In this document: piece after piece, positions 8,593-18,338 of the stretch
Layout: each line of letters begins with the position of its first letter
Position numbering within the stretch: the first letter of the stretch is position 1
Origin: a virus
Length of the DNA: 64,000 nt
IMG/VR virus record: IMGVR_UViG_3300032268_000293
Location: 15,832-79,831 of that record
Reading direction: 5' to 3' (one strand)
Notes under the pieces: generated by a model
What the model saw: the letters and a program-made list of their open reading frames with translations, nothing else
Told to the model about the DNA's origin: nothing
Database searches by the model: none
Program-made: the position numbers and the translations under genes

Positions 8593-9758
8593 GCATTATC
8601 TTGTGATCTTCTTGAGTTTGGGCGAACAGGAACAGGTTGCTTTACAGTTTCTTCAGTTTTTTGTTCGTTTTCGTTCCAAGGATTTTTCGGATCAAAGTCT
8701 TCTTCCTTCTTTTTAAAGAAATCTTTGACTACTTTGAAAAATTCTTTTGGTGGTTCTTCGGCTGGTGGTCCCTGTAAAATTGAGGGATCCCATTCTTGCG
8801 TTTTTGGTTCTGTTGGTTGATAGACTGCAGTAATTCCAGTGTATGGATCGTAATTCAAATCTCCTGGTTTCATCTCAGAACCTTGGATCGAAGAAACAAT
8901 TTTATTCCATCTGTTCTCAGATTTTTGTTCATCAACTTCTTCGTCTAGCAAACGAGCACGTTCTTTACCCTTCTTAAACCAATTGGTAATTTCTTCGTCT
9001 TCAGATTTCGTTTTATTTAATAAAGATTCCCTATTCGCTGCAATTAATAATAAAACGGCAAGTGGATCAAACACGAAAACAATCATGAGGATGACGATAC
9101 GCACAGCAGACTCAAGTAAAGAGTCGTCCATCGTATCGCCATACATCAATGCTGCGATGTATTTTATTGGTCCGACTTCGGCTTCGACTTTACGGACTTC
9201 GCTGGCGATTGGCGCACGCTCTTGGTTGAGACTTGCGATTTCGGTTTGGGACCTCTGGATTTCGTTGATGAGGTTGGTTCGCTCTTTGGCTTGTCGCTGT
9301 CTGATGGAGACTGCGTTTGCGGCTCCTCGTTCGTCGCTACTTCTTGCGAGGGTTTGGTCGACTTGCGCATCCAGTTGAGTAATTGCTTTACGAGCTGCAT
9401 CTATATTCTCCTTTTGTGTTTTTATTTTCTCATCGATGAGGGATAATTTAGATACAATATCACCTGTTGGCACTGCTTGGTCTAAATGTGCTTTTGACAA
9501 ATAACCAAAGATACCCATTGATGTGAGTATCATTAACACAACAACAGCAGTTGTGAAATATGTTTTAAGTAGTGTTGGGATTGTTGACCAGCTTCTATAC
9601 AGCCATGATGCTGCAACAAGTTTGCTTACTTCAAGAGCAGTTCCCATTATTGCGATGGGCACAACAGCAGTTGAGAAAATAGCAATAAGACCCATCACAG
9701 AATAATACGCTGCTATTGCAGACAATAATAGTCCGCAACCAAATAGTAGGTATATCAT
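8589..9758 (-). CDS. multi-TM coiled-coil membrane protein
   Basis: Three N-terminal TMs, a coiled coil, a fourth TM (IVFVFDPLAV) and a low-complexity tail. Confidence 0.75.
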   Translation of the reverse strand: MIYLLFGCGLLLSAIAAYYSVMGLIAIFSTAVVPIAIMGTALEVSKLVAASWLYRSWSTIPTLLKTYFTTAVVVLMILTSMGIFGYLSKAHLDQAVPTGDIVSKLSLIDEKIKTQKENIDAARKAITQLDAQVDQTLARSSDERGAANAVSIRQRQAKERTNLINEIQRSQTEIASLNQERAPIASEVRKVEAEVGPIKYIAALMYGDTMDDSLLESAVRIVILMIVFVFDPLAVLLLIAANRESLLNKTKSEDEEITNWFKKGKERARLLDEEVDEQKSENRWNKIVSSIQGSEMKPGDLNYDPYTGITAVYQPTEPKTQEWDPSILQGPPAEEPPKEFFKVVKDFFKKKEEDFDPKNPWNENEQKTEETVKQPVPVRPNSRRSQDNA

Positions 9759-10144
9759 TTCTTTATATGTTTCCTGTGAGTTTTAATCATAATCCATTCA
9801 TTATAATAATTGTCTTCTAAAAGTACATTATTGTCAAATTGGAATTTCGCTTCCCAATAATTAGTGTTACCTCTAGTCGGACACAACATCAAAATTTTGC
9901 GTGTGAAACTTTCCTTACCATATTTATCAATATCTGCAAGTAGTTCTTTGTTCGAACCCCAGTAGTCACGCCAATCACTCTCAACTCTTGTTCGTTTTTT
10001 CTTACCTTTTACTTGCCTAGTTTTTGCTTGGCTAAAGTATTTACGACCAATGTATTTTTTTCCTGTTGTATTGTTTGTAATTTCGTATATGAACCCATAC
10101 CAATCTTCAGGGTCATTCAGGGGTTGGTTGTTGTATATCCACAT
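9755..10144 (-). CDS. GIY-YIG nuclease (endonuclease II/DenA-like)
   Basis: GFIY...KYIG...YWGS...E...YYN motifs; catalytic domain only. Confidence 0.8.
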   Translation of the reverse strand: MWIYNNQPLNDPEDWYGFIYEITNNTTGKKYIGRKYFSQAKTRQVKGKKKRTRVESDWRDYWGSNKELLADIDKYGKESFTRKILMLCPTRGNTNYWEAKFQFDNNVLLEDNYYNEWIMIKTHRKHIKK

Positions 10145-10254
10145 TTTCTGGTTTCTTGTCAGTCAATCCTTCTACTTGAGAAGTGTCTAATGATTGACCT
10201 TGTGGATTTTTAAGTTTACTGAACCAGTCGTCGCCTTGTAGTTCTGATGTGTTT

Positions 10255-10410
10255 TCAGGCATCTTCTTCCTCCTCAAAGTCTTCCTCTTCATATATATCA
10301 CCACCACAGAATGGGCAATATACAACATCGGTTGACTGAAGATCGTCTACCTTAAATGAGATTTTTCCATGCGATCCGCATGATTCACAATCAAAATATT
10401 TAACTGCCAT
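10255..10410 (-). CDS. rubredoxin/zinc-ribbon-like small protein
   Basis: Translated by hand: MAVKYFDCESCGSHGKISFKVDDLQSTDVVYCPFCGGDIYEEEDFEEEEDA, with two CxxCG knuckles. Confidence 0.7.
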   Translation of the reverse strand: MAVKYFDCESCGSHGKISFKVDDLQSTDVVYCPFCGGDIYEEEDFEEEEDA

Positions 10411-11110
10411 CTCTTACCTTCGTTAATCCGAGTTTATTAAAAACCTTAAACCACATCCAACCAATATCAAACTCTACTGGTTTTCTACTTAATTTTGGGT
10501 TTGCTGGATCACCATGATGGTTATTGTGTAATTCTTCACCACCTATGATAATTCCCCACGGAATTATGTTAGTCGATTTTTCTTTGGTGTCATAATTTCT
10601 ATAACCATAATAATGTCCCATACCATTTATAACACCTGCTGCCCAGAATGGAATCCATACCATTTGAACTGCCCAGAACCAAATTCCCCACCAACCGAAC
10701 AGAATTAAACTAATTACCAACATTAAAACAATTCCAGCATATGGAAATTTTGAATAAACATTTCTTTCCATCCAGTCATCTGGAGTTCCAACACCATACT
10801 TCTGAATCATTTCTTTATCTCTTGCGGATTGAACATAGCAAGAAACCCCAGCGAATAAAACAAACCAGATACCCTCATTGTGAGGACTATGAGGATCGCC
10901 CTCTTTGTCCGAGTTCTGATGATGTTTACGATGTATCGCAACCCATTCTTTTGTTACCATGCCAGTTGTTAACCACAACCAAAAGCGCATGAAATGGGAT
11001 AGAACTGGATCAAACTCTATACCTCTATGTGTTTGTCCTCTGTGTAAATACAGTGTAACACAAACAATGGTAATGTGTGTCATTACCAACAGATAAATTA
11101 TTTCAATCAT
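10400..11110 (-). CDS. membrane fatty acid (delta-9-type) desaturase
   Basis: Three His boxes (HRGQTH, HRKHH, ELHNNHH) plus TM segments. Confidence 0.92.
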   Translation of the reverse strand: MIEIIYLLVMTHITIVCVTLYLHRGQTHRGIEFDPVLSHFMRFWLWLTTGMVTKEWVAIHRKHHQNSDKEGDPHSPHNEGIWFVLFAGVSCYVQSARDKEMIQKYGVGTPDDWMERNVYSKFPYAGIVLMLVISLILFGWWGIWFWAVQMVWIPFWAAGVINGMGHYYGYRNYDTKEKSTNIIPWGIIIGGEELHNNHHGDPANPKLSRKPVEFDIGWMWFKVFNKLGLTKVRDGS

Positions 11111-11741
11111 CTTGCCTTTCGTACATTACGGTATTGGTATCTCCCAATGACCATTTTGCATTTGTTTCGACAGACCAGCGTTTAGTAGCCACTCTAAAAT
11201 CTGGCGTCTTAAGTTCTTTAGGATTACTGCTTGGCTCTAATATAATTAAACGATTATTAGGCTGAGCAGCAAACTGCCCATTATCACACTGAATGAAATT
11301 ATAAGACTTGTGATCTTCGGGGTCTTCAGAAAACCCTGTATCAAGTATGTTAAAATCAGGATGAGCACTATCAACTGTAAAAAGATAAACACCATGCTGC
11401 CAATCTCCATTCTTTAATTTAAACTTACAACGCATTGATTGTAGTTGTGCTTTCTTTATGACAGTTATATCGTAAGAAAGGCAATCCCACAACTGTAGAT
11501 AATCTAGTGGTAATGGCTCACCCTCAATAGGTTTCCAGCAGTAAGCATGTAGTGGTAGCTTATCGTATAATGCACCATAATTATTCAAGTAAGATTCAAT
11601 ACGAAATGCTTGCCCTCTTAGCGACTTAATACTTACCCACCAACATGGTTCAAGTTCTCCGTGACCCTTTTCAAAGTCATAGAGAAACTCTCTACGAACA
11701 AAACATTTTACTGGTGGTAAGTTGGCTAGAATATGTGACAT
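11103..11741 (-). CDS. conserved hypothetical phage protein
   Basis: Likely start MSHILANLPP at 11741; EDHKS...GQFAAQPNNR motif. Confidence 0.75.
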   Translation of the reverse strand: MSHILANLPPVKCFVRREFLYDFEKGHGELEPCWWVSIKSLRGQAFRIESYLNNYGALYDKLPLHAYCWKPIEGEPLPLDYLQLWDCLSYDITVIKKAQLQSMRCKFKLKNGDWQHGVYLFTVDSAHPDFNILDTGFSEDPEDHKSYNFIQCDNGQFAAQPNNRLIILEPSSNPKELKTPDFRVATKRWSVETNAKWSLGDTNTVMYERQDD

Positions 11742-12064
11742 TAAAACCCCACCGATGAACCACAACCACAAGAAGTTTTTGTTTTAGGATTAGTAATTAC
11801 AAATCGAGACTCAAAGGGTTGCTCTTTATAATCAAGTGTTGCTTCGTTCAAATATTCCATTGACATGTAATCTACAATCAATTTAACATCCGATGCTTCA
11901 AAAACAAAATCACCATCATCTATTGTGTTTTCAAAAGTAAACACATACTCGAAACCATTACAACCACCACCACGAACAGCAACCCTAAGACCTTTAAGTG
12001 ATGAGTCATTTTCTTCAATAATTAAATCGCGGATTCGTTCAGAGGCATTAGATGTCAATTGCAT
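11741..12064 (-). CDS. erpA: A-type Fe-S cluster carrier (ErpA/IscA/HesB)
   Basis: GGGCNGFEY and SCGCGSS motifs. Confidence 0.9.
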   Translation of the reverse strand: MQLTSNASERIRDLIIEENDSSLKGLRVAVRGGGCNGFEYVFTFENTIDDGDFVFEASDVKLIVDYMSMEYLNEATLDYKEQPFESRFVITNPKTKTSCGCGSSVGF

Positions 12065-13059
12065 TAAGCAGCCTTACCCCATACGTCGCCCCAGTCACCA
12101 GACAACGCACCCTTGGCATAATCAGTAGCACGATTTTCGAAGAAGTTGGTATGGGTTGGGGCATTAATCATTTCCTCTACCCATGGTAGAGGATTCTTTT
12201 TAACTTTGAAGATTCCCTTCAAGCCAAGAGAGATAAGACGACGATCTGCGATGTAACGAATATACTTCTTGACTTCTTCAGCCGACAGGTCTCTCATGTC
12301 ACCCATACTGAATGCGAGATCAATAAACTTATCTTCAAGTTCAACCATCTTTTCAGCAATAGCATAAATCTTGCTCTTCAAATCATCATTCCACAATTCT
12401 CTGTTTTCTTCTACATATGTTCTGAACAATTTAATCATTGACTCTGCGTGCATTGTTTCATCAACAATAGACCATGTAACGATTTGTCCCATACCCTTCA
12501 TCATACCATGACGTGGGAAGTTCAACAACATAATGAAAGAACTAAACAACTGCATACCTTCAGTGAATGCTGAGAATGCTGCGATGTTTGTTGCTACTGA
12601 TTCTGCTGTTCCATTTGCTTTAGACAAAGCCATAAAGTAATCATGCTTGTCTCTCATTTGCGCATATTCTAGAAACTCGTTATAGGTTGCTTCTGGCATA
12701 CCAACTGTTTCAATCAGATGAGAATACGCAGCAACGTGCAATGCTTCTCTAGCAGAGAAACCAAGCAACATCATACGCACTTCTGGTTGCTTAAAATATG
12801 GTAAGTAATTATTTACGTAACCACCAGCAACATCAACGTCACCTTGAACAAAGAATCTGAAAATGTTTGTCAGGAAATGTTTTTCATGTTCTGTCAGTTT
12901 TTTCTTCCAGTCCTTCACATCTTCCATCATCGGCACTTCTGTATGAAGCCAGTGCGCTTGCTCATGTTTTAACCAAGCATCATATGCCCATGGATAATTA
13001 AATGGTTTAAACGAATTTCTATCGTCTGTTAATTTTAGTTTTTCTTTCTTCGACACCAT
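12064..13059 (-). CDS. nrdB: ribonucleotide reductase class I beta subunit
   Basis: Di-iron motifs EALHVAAY, EGMQLFSSF and DETMH; NFFENRATDY. Confidence 0.95.
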   Translation of the reverse strand: MVSKKEKLKLTDDRNSFKPFNYPWAYDAWLKHEQAHWLHTEVPMMEDVKDWKKKLTEHEKHFLTNIFRFFVQGDVDVAGGYVNNYLPYFKQPEVRMMLLGFSAREALHVAAYSHLIETVGMPEATYNEFLEYAQMRDKHDYFMALSKANGTAESVATNIAAFSAFTEGMQLFSSFIMLLNFPRHGMMKGMGQIVTWSIVDETMHAESMIKLFRTYVEENRELWNDDLKSKIYAIAEKMVELEDKFIDLAFSMGDMRDLSAEEVKKYIRYIADRRLISLGLKGIFKVKKNPLPWVEEMINAPTHTNFFENRATDYAKGALSGDWGDVWGKAA

Positions 13060-13083
13060 CTGTGTTTCCTTTAGTTTCTAGTA

Positions 13084-14880
13084 TTATCCCTCGCAAGCAA
13101 GGCACTCATTTCCTTCAGCAAGAGATTTTAAATCGATCTCCTGTATTACTTCTCGTTCTATCTTCTTAGATACTTTATCTGCCTTGCCAATCTTTTCGGA
13201 TCTGCAGTAGTAAAGTGTTTTTAATCCTTGTTTCCATGCTTGGAAGTGCACTGCGTGAACATATTTAATGTTTGAGTCAGGTCTGAAGAATAAGTTAAGC
13301 GACTGGGCTTGATCAATATATTCTTGTCTGTCTGCTGCATGCTGTACAAGCCATCGTTGGTCGAGTTCCATTGAAGTTTTGAAAACATCTTTTGTCCATT
13401 CATCAAGGAACTCGAGATGTTGAACACTTCCATCGTTGGCGATAATACTTGACCAGATTTCGTTATAATCCAACTTACTTTCTGCATCACACTTCTCCTT
13501 AATAATTTTATCAAGCCACTTGTTTTTATTCAGCGAAGAACCCGAAAGAGTATCCTGCCTATAAGCATTGGCACGATAAGGTTCAATACTAGGACTAGTG
13601 TTGCCCATAAGAATGGAAGAAGAAGCATTGGGAGCAATAGCCATGAGATGACTAAAACGATTCCCAGTGCCCACTGCATCAGGTGCTTCACCACGCTCCA
13701 ATCCGAGTTCTTTATTTGCACGATCTAACCCTTCTCTAATGTGTTTAAAGATTTGTCTGTTTCTTCCGACGGAGAGTGCTGATTCCCACGGCATGTTATT
13801 TCGTTGTAGATAAGCATGCCAACCCAAAGCACCGACACCAATGCTGCGCTCACGTATGGCACTATACCTTGCACGCTCAATGGAGGTAGGAGCATTAAGA
13901 ATGAAATACTCCAAAACATTGTCAAGCATTTCAGCAACATCACGAAGAAAGTTAGGATCTGTTCTCCATTCATCATAGTACTCCAAATTTAAAGAAGATA
14001 AGCAACACACTGCAGTGCGTTCTTCGTTGGTTGGTAAAATAATTTCAGAACACAAGTTTGACTGGTGAACTTTAAGACCTTTGTCTTTTAACCACTGTGG
14101 TAAATGGCGATTTGATGTATCAACGAAGTGAAGATATGGCTCACCTGTCATCATACGCAACTCTAAAATTTGTTGCCATAATGCACGAGCAGAAACCACT
14201 TCTCTTATGTCACCACTGTGTGGATCTTTCAATTCCCATGAATCATCTGCTTCTGGGTCTAACATACACTTTTCAATAATCTGCATAAATGCGTCAGGAA
14301 TATTGATTGCGTGATGTAGATTTAAACAACGGAGATTCTGATCTCCTGTTGGTTTGCGCATTTCTAGGAAAGGAATAATATCTGGATGGCTAATGTCGAG
14401 ATAAGCAGCATAACTGCCACGACGAGTGCGTCCCTGACGGTAAGCCAAAGAACTCGCATCGTAAATCTTGAGGTGTGGCATAACACCAGTCGATTTATCA
14501 TCTGCCGAACGAATGCCAAAACCAATACCGACACCGCCACCGAGCATACTAAGCCAATTAGTTTCACTAAGATTATCAACTAAACCCTCCGCTGTGTCTT
14601 CAATATAATTTAAAAAACAAGAGATAGGCATACCCCTCTTGCTTCTCCCAAAGGATAGAATTGGTGTTGAATATGACAACCAATGCTTGGATGAATAGTC
14701 GTACAACCTTTGAGCATGAGCAGGATTACTGCCAAATGCATTCGATACATACGCAAATCTTTCTTGTGGGGATTGTTCTTCTTCTTTCATGTAAGATTCA
14801 CGTAGACGTTTAACACCTAATGAATCAAATAAACTGTCTCTACTATAATCTACTACCAGACCATTAATGGTATCTTGCAT
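13084..14880 (-). CDS. nrdA: ribonucleotide reductase class I alpha subunit (short, no evident ATP cone)
   Basis: ISCF, QSNLCSEI, APNASSS, KTLYY and C-terminal CLAC motifs. Confidence 0.95.
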   Translation of the reverse strand: MQDTINGLVVDYSRDSLFDSLGVKRLRESYMKEEEQSPQERFAYVSNAFGSNPAHAQRLYDYSSKHWLSYSTPILSFGRSKRGMPISCFLNYIEDTAEGLVDNLSETNWLSMLGGGVGIGFGIRSADDKSTGVMPHLKIYDASSLAYRQGRTRRGSYAAYLDISHPDIIPFLEMRKPTGDQNLRCLNLHHAINIPDAFMQIIEKCMLDPEADDSWELKDPHSGDIREVVSARALWQQILELRMMTGEPYLHFVDTSNRHLPQWLKDKGLKVHQSNLCSEIILPTNEERTAVCCLSSLNLEYYDEWRTDPNFLRDVAEMLDNVLEYFILNAPTSIERARYSAIRERSIGVGALGWHAYLQRNNMPWESALSVGRNRQIFKHIREGLDRANKELGLERGEAPDAVGTGNRFSHLMAIAPNASSSILMGNTSPSIEPYRANAYRQDTLSGSSLNKNKWLDKIIKEKCDAESKLDYNEIWSSIIANDGSVQHLEFLDEWTKDVFKTSMELDQRWLVQHAADRQEYIDQAQSLNLFFRPDSNIKYVHAVHFQAWKQGLKTLYYCRSEKIGKADKVSKKIEREVIQEIDLKSLAEGNECLACEG

Positions 14881-14898
14881 TTAACACTCCAATTATTA

Positions 14899-15552
14899 TT
14901 ATTGTACAAATTCCTTAGACAAAGGAAATATCTTTGCGATGACCTCGGCACATGCTTTGGCGATGAGTGTGTGTTCTTTTTGTGTTCCGTTTGCTGAGCG
15001 TAACTGTATATAGTGTATCCAAGATCTCAGTGTTCCATTCATGTAAAGTTTAGACTCAATAAGACCTTCTGGCAAAACAGCACGAGCCTGTTCTTTAGCA
15101 ATACCATTTGCGATCGCCCACTCATATTCCCTCTTTGCTGCATAAATCACTCTTTGTTGAGCACGTTCCCACTCAATTTGAATCATTTTATCCTCAGTTT
15201 CCACACTATTTTGTCTATTTTTTTCATCTTGAAGACGTGCCTCACGAATGACAAAATTAAGATCTTTTGTAGGATCAGCATAGCGTTGAGAGAATTCTTG
15301 GAAAGAGAAACTACGGTGGCGTAACATTTGTCTAGCAATATCACGTGTTGTAGTAATTTCCAAACATACGTTCACCATCTCAAGTGGTGACCAATGTTGA
15401 TTTTTAATTAGATACTTAATTAGTTTTTCACTTGTATCTTTGTTACTTTGATTGCTTGGATTACTAACACGTGCGCAGAATGCCACAAGATCCGTCATGT
15501 TTTCAGCAAAGTATTCGGCAGGTTGCGAATATGAGATTAATTCTACTTTCAT
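14899..15552 (-). CDS. thyX: flavin-dependent thymidylate synthase
   Basis: HWSPLE and RHRSFSFQEFSQRY motifs; likely start MKVELISYSQ. Confidence 0.95.
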   Translation of the reverse strand: MKVELISYSQPAEYFAENMTDLVAFCARVSNPSNQSNKDTSEKLIKYLIKNQHWSPLEMVNVCLEITTTRDIARQMLRHRSFSFQEFSQRYADPTKDLNFVIREARLQDEKNRQNSVETEDKMIQIEWERAQQRVIYAAKREYEWAIANGIAKEQARAVLPEGLIESKLYMNGTLRSWIHYIQLRSANGTQKEHTLIAKACAEVIAKIFPLSKEFVQ

Positions 15553-15614
15553 TTTGTTTCCTTCATCAATAACTCTTTGAGCCCACATTTCCTCATTCTC
15601 AAGAATAGGAATAT

Positions 15615-16628
15615 TCAAATTTTCTTCCATACAGTATATCTCGCTTTCGCTTCTAAACCACTAACAGTGTATTCATCGATAAGTTTCAAAACCTTTTCTT
15701 GCGTGTAACCAGCAAGAATTAATTCATTTATATCTTTATATCCTGTCTCTGGCATTAAGGAAACAGTGTAACCAAGATCAATACACTTCTCAATTTGCTT
15801 ACACAGTTCTTTATTTCTTGGTTCGTTATCAAAAACTACAACGAGATTAGTAGAAAGACCGCGAAGATAGAGACTATCAAAACTTGCTCCTGCAACAGCA
15901 ATGGTGTTTGATAGAAAAAGAGAGTCAATCGGTCCTTCAACCGCATAAACTTTTTCAGCAAAATTGACACGTTCAAGTCCATAAATTCTCTCCATATCAT
16001 CATCAAGTTTGATTGTCATATATCTCGGTTGTTCATCGCCGAAAGCTCTACCCTGAAAAGCAAAAACTTTTCCGTGTTCATTAAAGAAGGGGATTACTAA
16101 TCGAGGATGATCATTATCTTCTGAGGTGTATGTATATTTAACTCTGTTAACATACTTCTTCCACTTTGGCGCATAAAAAAGATTTTCATAATGTGTGCGT
16201 GGAATTTTACGTTTCTCAACATATAACACAGCAGGATGATCTGCTGGCATTGTATCAATCCGTCTAAGACCACTAAGAGTATCATCTTGTAACTCGACAA
16301 AAACTGGCTTTGTGTCAGCAATTTCTATCGTTTTATGCGCATTATATCTCTTTGGACCCGACTTATAACGCTCCATTACATACTGCTCATAAAGGTATGG
16401 GTCAACGTGTTTAATCAGATTGCCTGCGTTTGTTGACACTCCACAATTATGACACTTGTAAAACAAGTCATTTTTTGAGGGATATGCGTATCCTCTTGCC
16501 TTCAGTTTGTTCTTGGTGCTATCGCCACAGAAGGGACAGGAGAAATTGAAGGTGTTGTCTTTCTTCTCCTTGAAATTTCGAAGGCGAGAAGAAAGTTGGG
16601 TGATGTATTTTAGATCAATGTATAGCAT
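15615..16628 (-). CDS. 61: DNA primase gp61
   Basis: CPFCGDS...CHNC zinc finger; Toprim EGPIDS and FDNE. Confidence 0.95.
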   Translation of the reverse strand: MLYIDLKYITQLSSRLRNFKEKKDNTFNFSCPFCGDSTKNKLKARGYAYPSKNDLFYKCHNCGVSTNAGNLIKHVDPYLYEQYVMERYKSGPKRYNAHKTIEIADTKPVFVELQDDTLSGLRRIDTMPADHPAVLYVEKRKIPRTHYENLFYAPKWKKYVNRVKYTYTSEDNDHPRLVIPFFNEHGKVFAFQGRAFGDEQPRYMTIKLDDDMERIYGLERVNFAEKVYAVEGPIDSLFLSNTIAVAGASFDSLYLRGLSTNLVVVFDNEPRNKELCKQIEKCIDLGYTVSLMPETGYKDINELILAGYTQEKVLKLIDEYTVSGLEAKARYTVWKKI

Positions 16629-16635
16629 ATTGTAT

Positions 16636-16664
16636 ATTATACCCCGAATGGGGTTAAAGAGCAA
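16636..16664 (-). promoter_or_regulatory. probable early/middle promoter for primase
   Basis: TTGCTC-N17-TATAAT. Confidence 0.55.
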
Positions 16665-16700
16665 ATTTTATTTTAGAATTTTATACTGCTGTAAACGATG

Positions 16701-17954
16701 TTACCAAGTACCAGCACTATACGCTGTACGTTTCCATATATCAGTTGAATTATTTACATAATTCGCTACGCAATAGTATATGTAAGAAGTATCAAAGGCT
16801 ATCATACCTGTTTTATCACCAGCTGCGCCATAACTATGAGTAGGAGGATTAGTTGATAAAATTAATCTATCAGCATTGATATACTGACTGTATGAAATAG
16901 CTGCCAGTGAAATGCCACCAAATGTAGAGTTTGCTTTATCATAAACAGAGTGTAGGATAGAATAATATCCACCGAAACTGTTTCTTGACACATCTGTTAA
17001 AGTAGGTATCAATGTCTGACTATTGTTTACTGTTATTATTGAACCAGCACTTTGTGTTATGGCATTAGAAGTATTAGTAGCAGAATACACAAGTGTATCA
17101 GAAAGTTGTAGTGTTCCCGCTGTTAAAACTACTGGTCCCATTGTAATAACACCTTTAACTAAAACTCCAGCAGAAGCATTATTTACAGTCACAGTACCAT
17201 AATTACCACCAACCATAATAGTTGTACCACTACCAGTAATGCTTAATGTAGATGAAGATAAATCGCATCCTCTAAATACTGTGTATGCAGATGATGTTTT
17301 TGTAGCTGCTGTTGTTACTGTACAACCAATAAGATCAACTGTTCCTGTTGTATTATCTGCTGAGATAACAAGATTTGTCATCTTTAGACCATCAATGGTA
17401 CAACCTTTTGTAATGGTCAAAGTACCAGACAGTGTAGTATTTTTACCCACCAATTCATGTGTGGTTAAAACAGTAAACTGAGTATTAATTGTTACATTTT
17501 CTGTATAGTCGCCTGGATGTAAAATAATTGTTTTTCTTTGTCCGACACCAGTTGTTTCAAATGCCAAGGCTGCTAATACTTGTGCTTGAGCAATAGTCTT
17601 AACTGGATCACCAATAGTTCCATTACCACTATTATCAAAAGCAACAGGGCTAACATGGATTTCTGGACCATATCCTGTAATGTATGGACTTACAGCATCT
17701 AATTTATTGCTATATGTAATCGCACCAGTTGATTCGTTATATTGTAAAACTCGTTTAGTTGCATATGCGCTCGTACCACCACTTTGAGTAATAGCTCCAG
17801 TTGTGATTGCTATACCACCTGGTGTTACACCGTCGGATATTTTTAATGCACCAATTTCTGGATCATAGAACAATTCACCAGTTACACCAATATGAGAGGC
17901 AGCAGGATTGCCACCCATTTTATCGGCGAATAGTTTATATGTTTTATTTGACAT
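16701..17954 (-). CDS. fibre-like virion protein (Mtd-N-like N-terminus, beta-helix core)
   Basis: GELFYD..LKISDGVTPGG; P.KTI..A...LHPGDYTE beta-helix start; C-terminal IAFD..YIYYC..WKR; T/S/G rich. Confidence 0.6.
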   Translation of the reverse strand: MSNKTYKLFADKMGGNPAASHIGVTGELFYDPEIGALKISDGVTPGGIAITTGAITQSGGTSAYATKRVLQYNESTGAITYSNKLDAVSPYITGYGPEIHVSPVAFDNSGNGTIGDPVKTIAQAQVLAALAFETTGVGQRKTIILHPGDYTENVTINTQFTVLTTHELVGKNTTLSGTLTITKGCTIDGLKMTNLVISADNTTGTVDLIGCTVTTAATKTSSAYTVFRGCDLSSSTLSITGSGTTIMVGGNYGTVTVNNASAGVLVKGVITMGPVVLTAGTLQLSDTLVYSATNTSNAITQSAGSIITVNNSQTLIPTLTDVSRNSFGGYYSILHSVYDKANSTFGGISLAAISYSQYINADRLILSTNPPTHSYGAAGDKTGMIAFDTSYIYYCVANYVNNSTDIWKRTAYSAGTW

Positions 17955-18011
17955 TTTATTTCCCTTGTTATAAGATAATGTCCTTTTTCAAGGGAAATTA
18001 AATTGTTAGTT

Positions 18012-18338
18012 TTAGTTTATGAACTTTGCAAAGAAATCTGAATGGCCAATAACATATCCAAGAACTACTGCACCGCCAATGAGCATCCATCGCCACTTCT
18101 CAAGAACATCAACACGATTGTCAATCTTATGCATCTGATCTGACAGAGATTGATGTTGAGTAGTAGCGTCATGTTTAATTGATGCTGTCGAAGCATCAAT
18201 TTTGTCAACGATTTCTCTTGTGGTAGTTGTAATTCTAGAATGCACTTCTTTTACATCGGAACGAATTTCGGAAATATCCTCTTTTAGATTTTCGACATTC
18301 GTCTCAAGAGAAGCGACTCTCTCTTCTACTGGACTCAT
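18012..18338 (-). CDS. coiled-coil protein with C-terminal TM (XhlA/holin-like)
   Basis: ERVASLE coiled coil, LEKWRW followed by a TM; adjacent to the spanins. Confidence 0.5.
   Translation of the reverse strand: MSPVEERVASLETNVENLKEDISEIRSDVKEVHSRITTTTREIVDKIDASTASIKHDATTQHQSLSDQMHKIDNRVDVLEKWRWMLIGGAVVLGYVIGHSDFFAKFIN

Noticed and set aside
9755-10144. Mobile homing endonuclease
   Set aside because: Only 129 aa with no DNA-binding extension; fits a DenA-like nuclease better.
10113-10328. 71-aa ORF as called
   Set aside because: Its 5' part overlaps the CxxC protein in another frame. At most the MPENTS... portion (10113-10262) is real, and I cannot support a function.
16701-17954. Diversity-generating retroelement target
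   Set aside because: Mtd-N-like start only; no reverse transcriptase or TR/VR repeat pair seen in the window.
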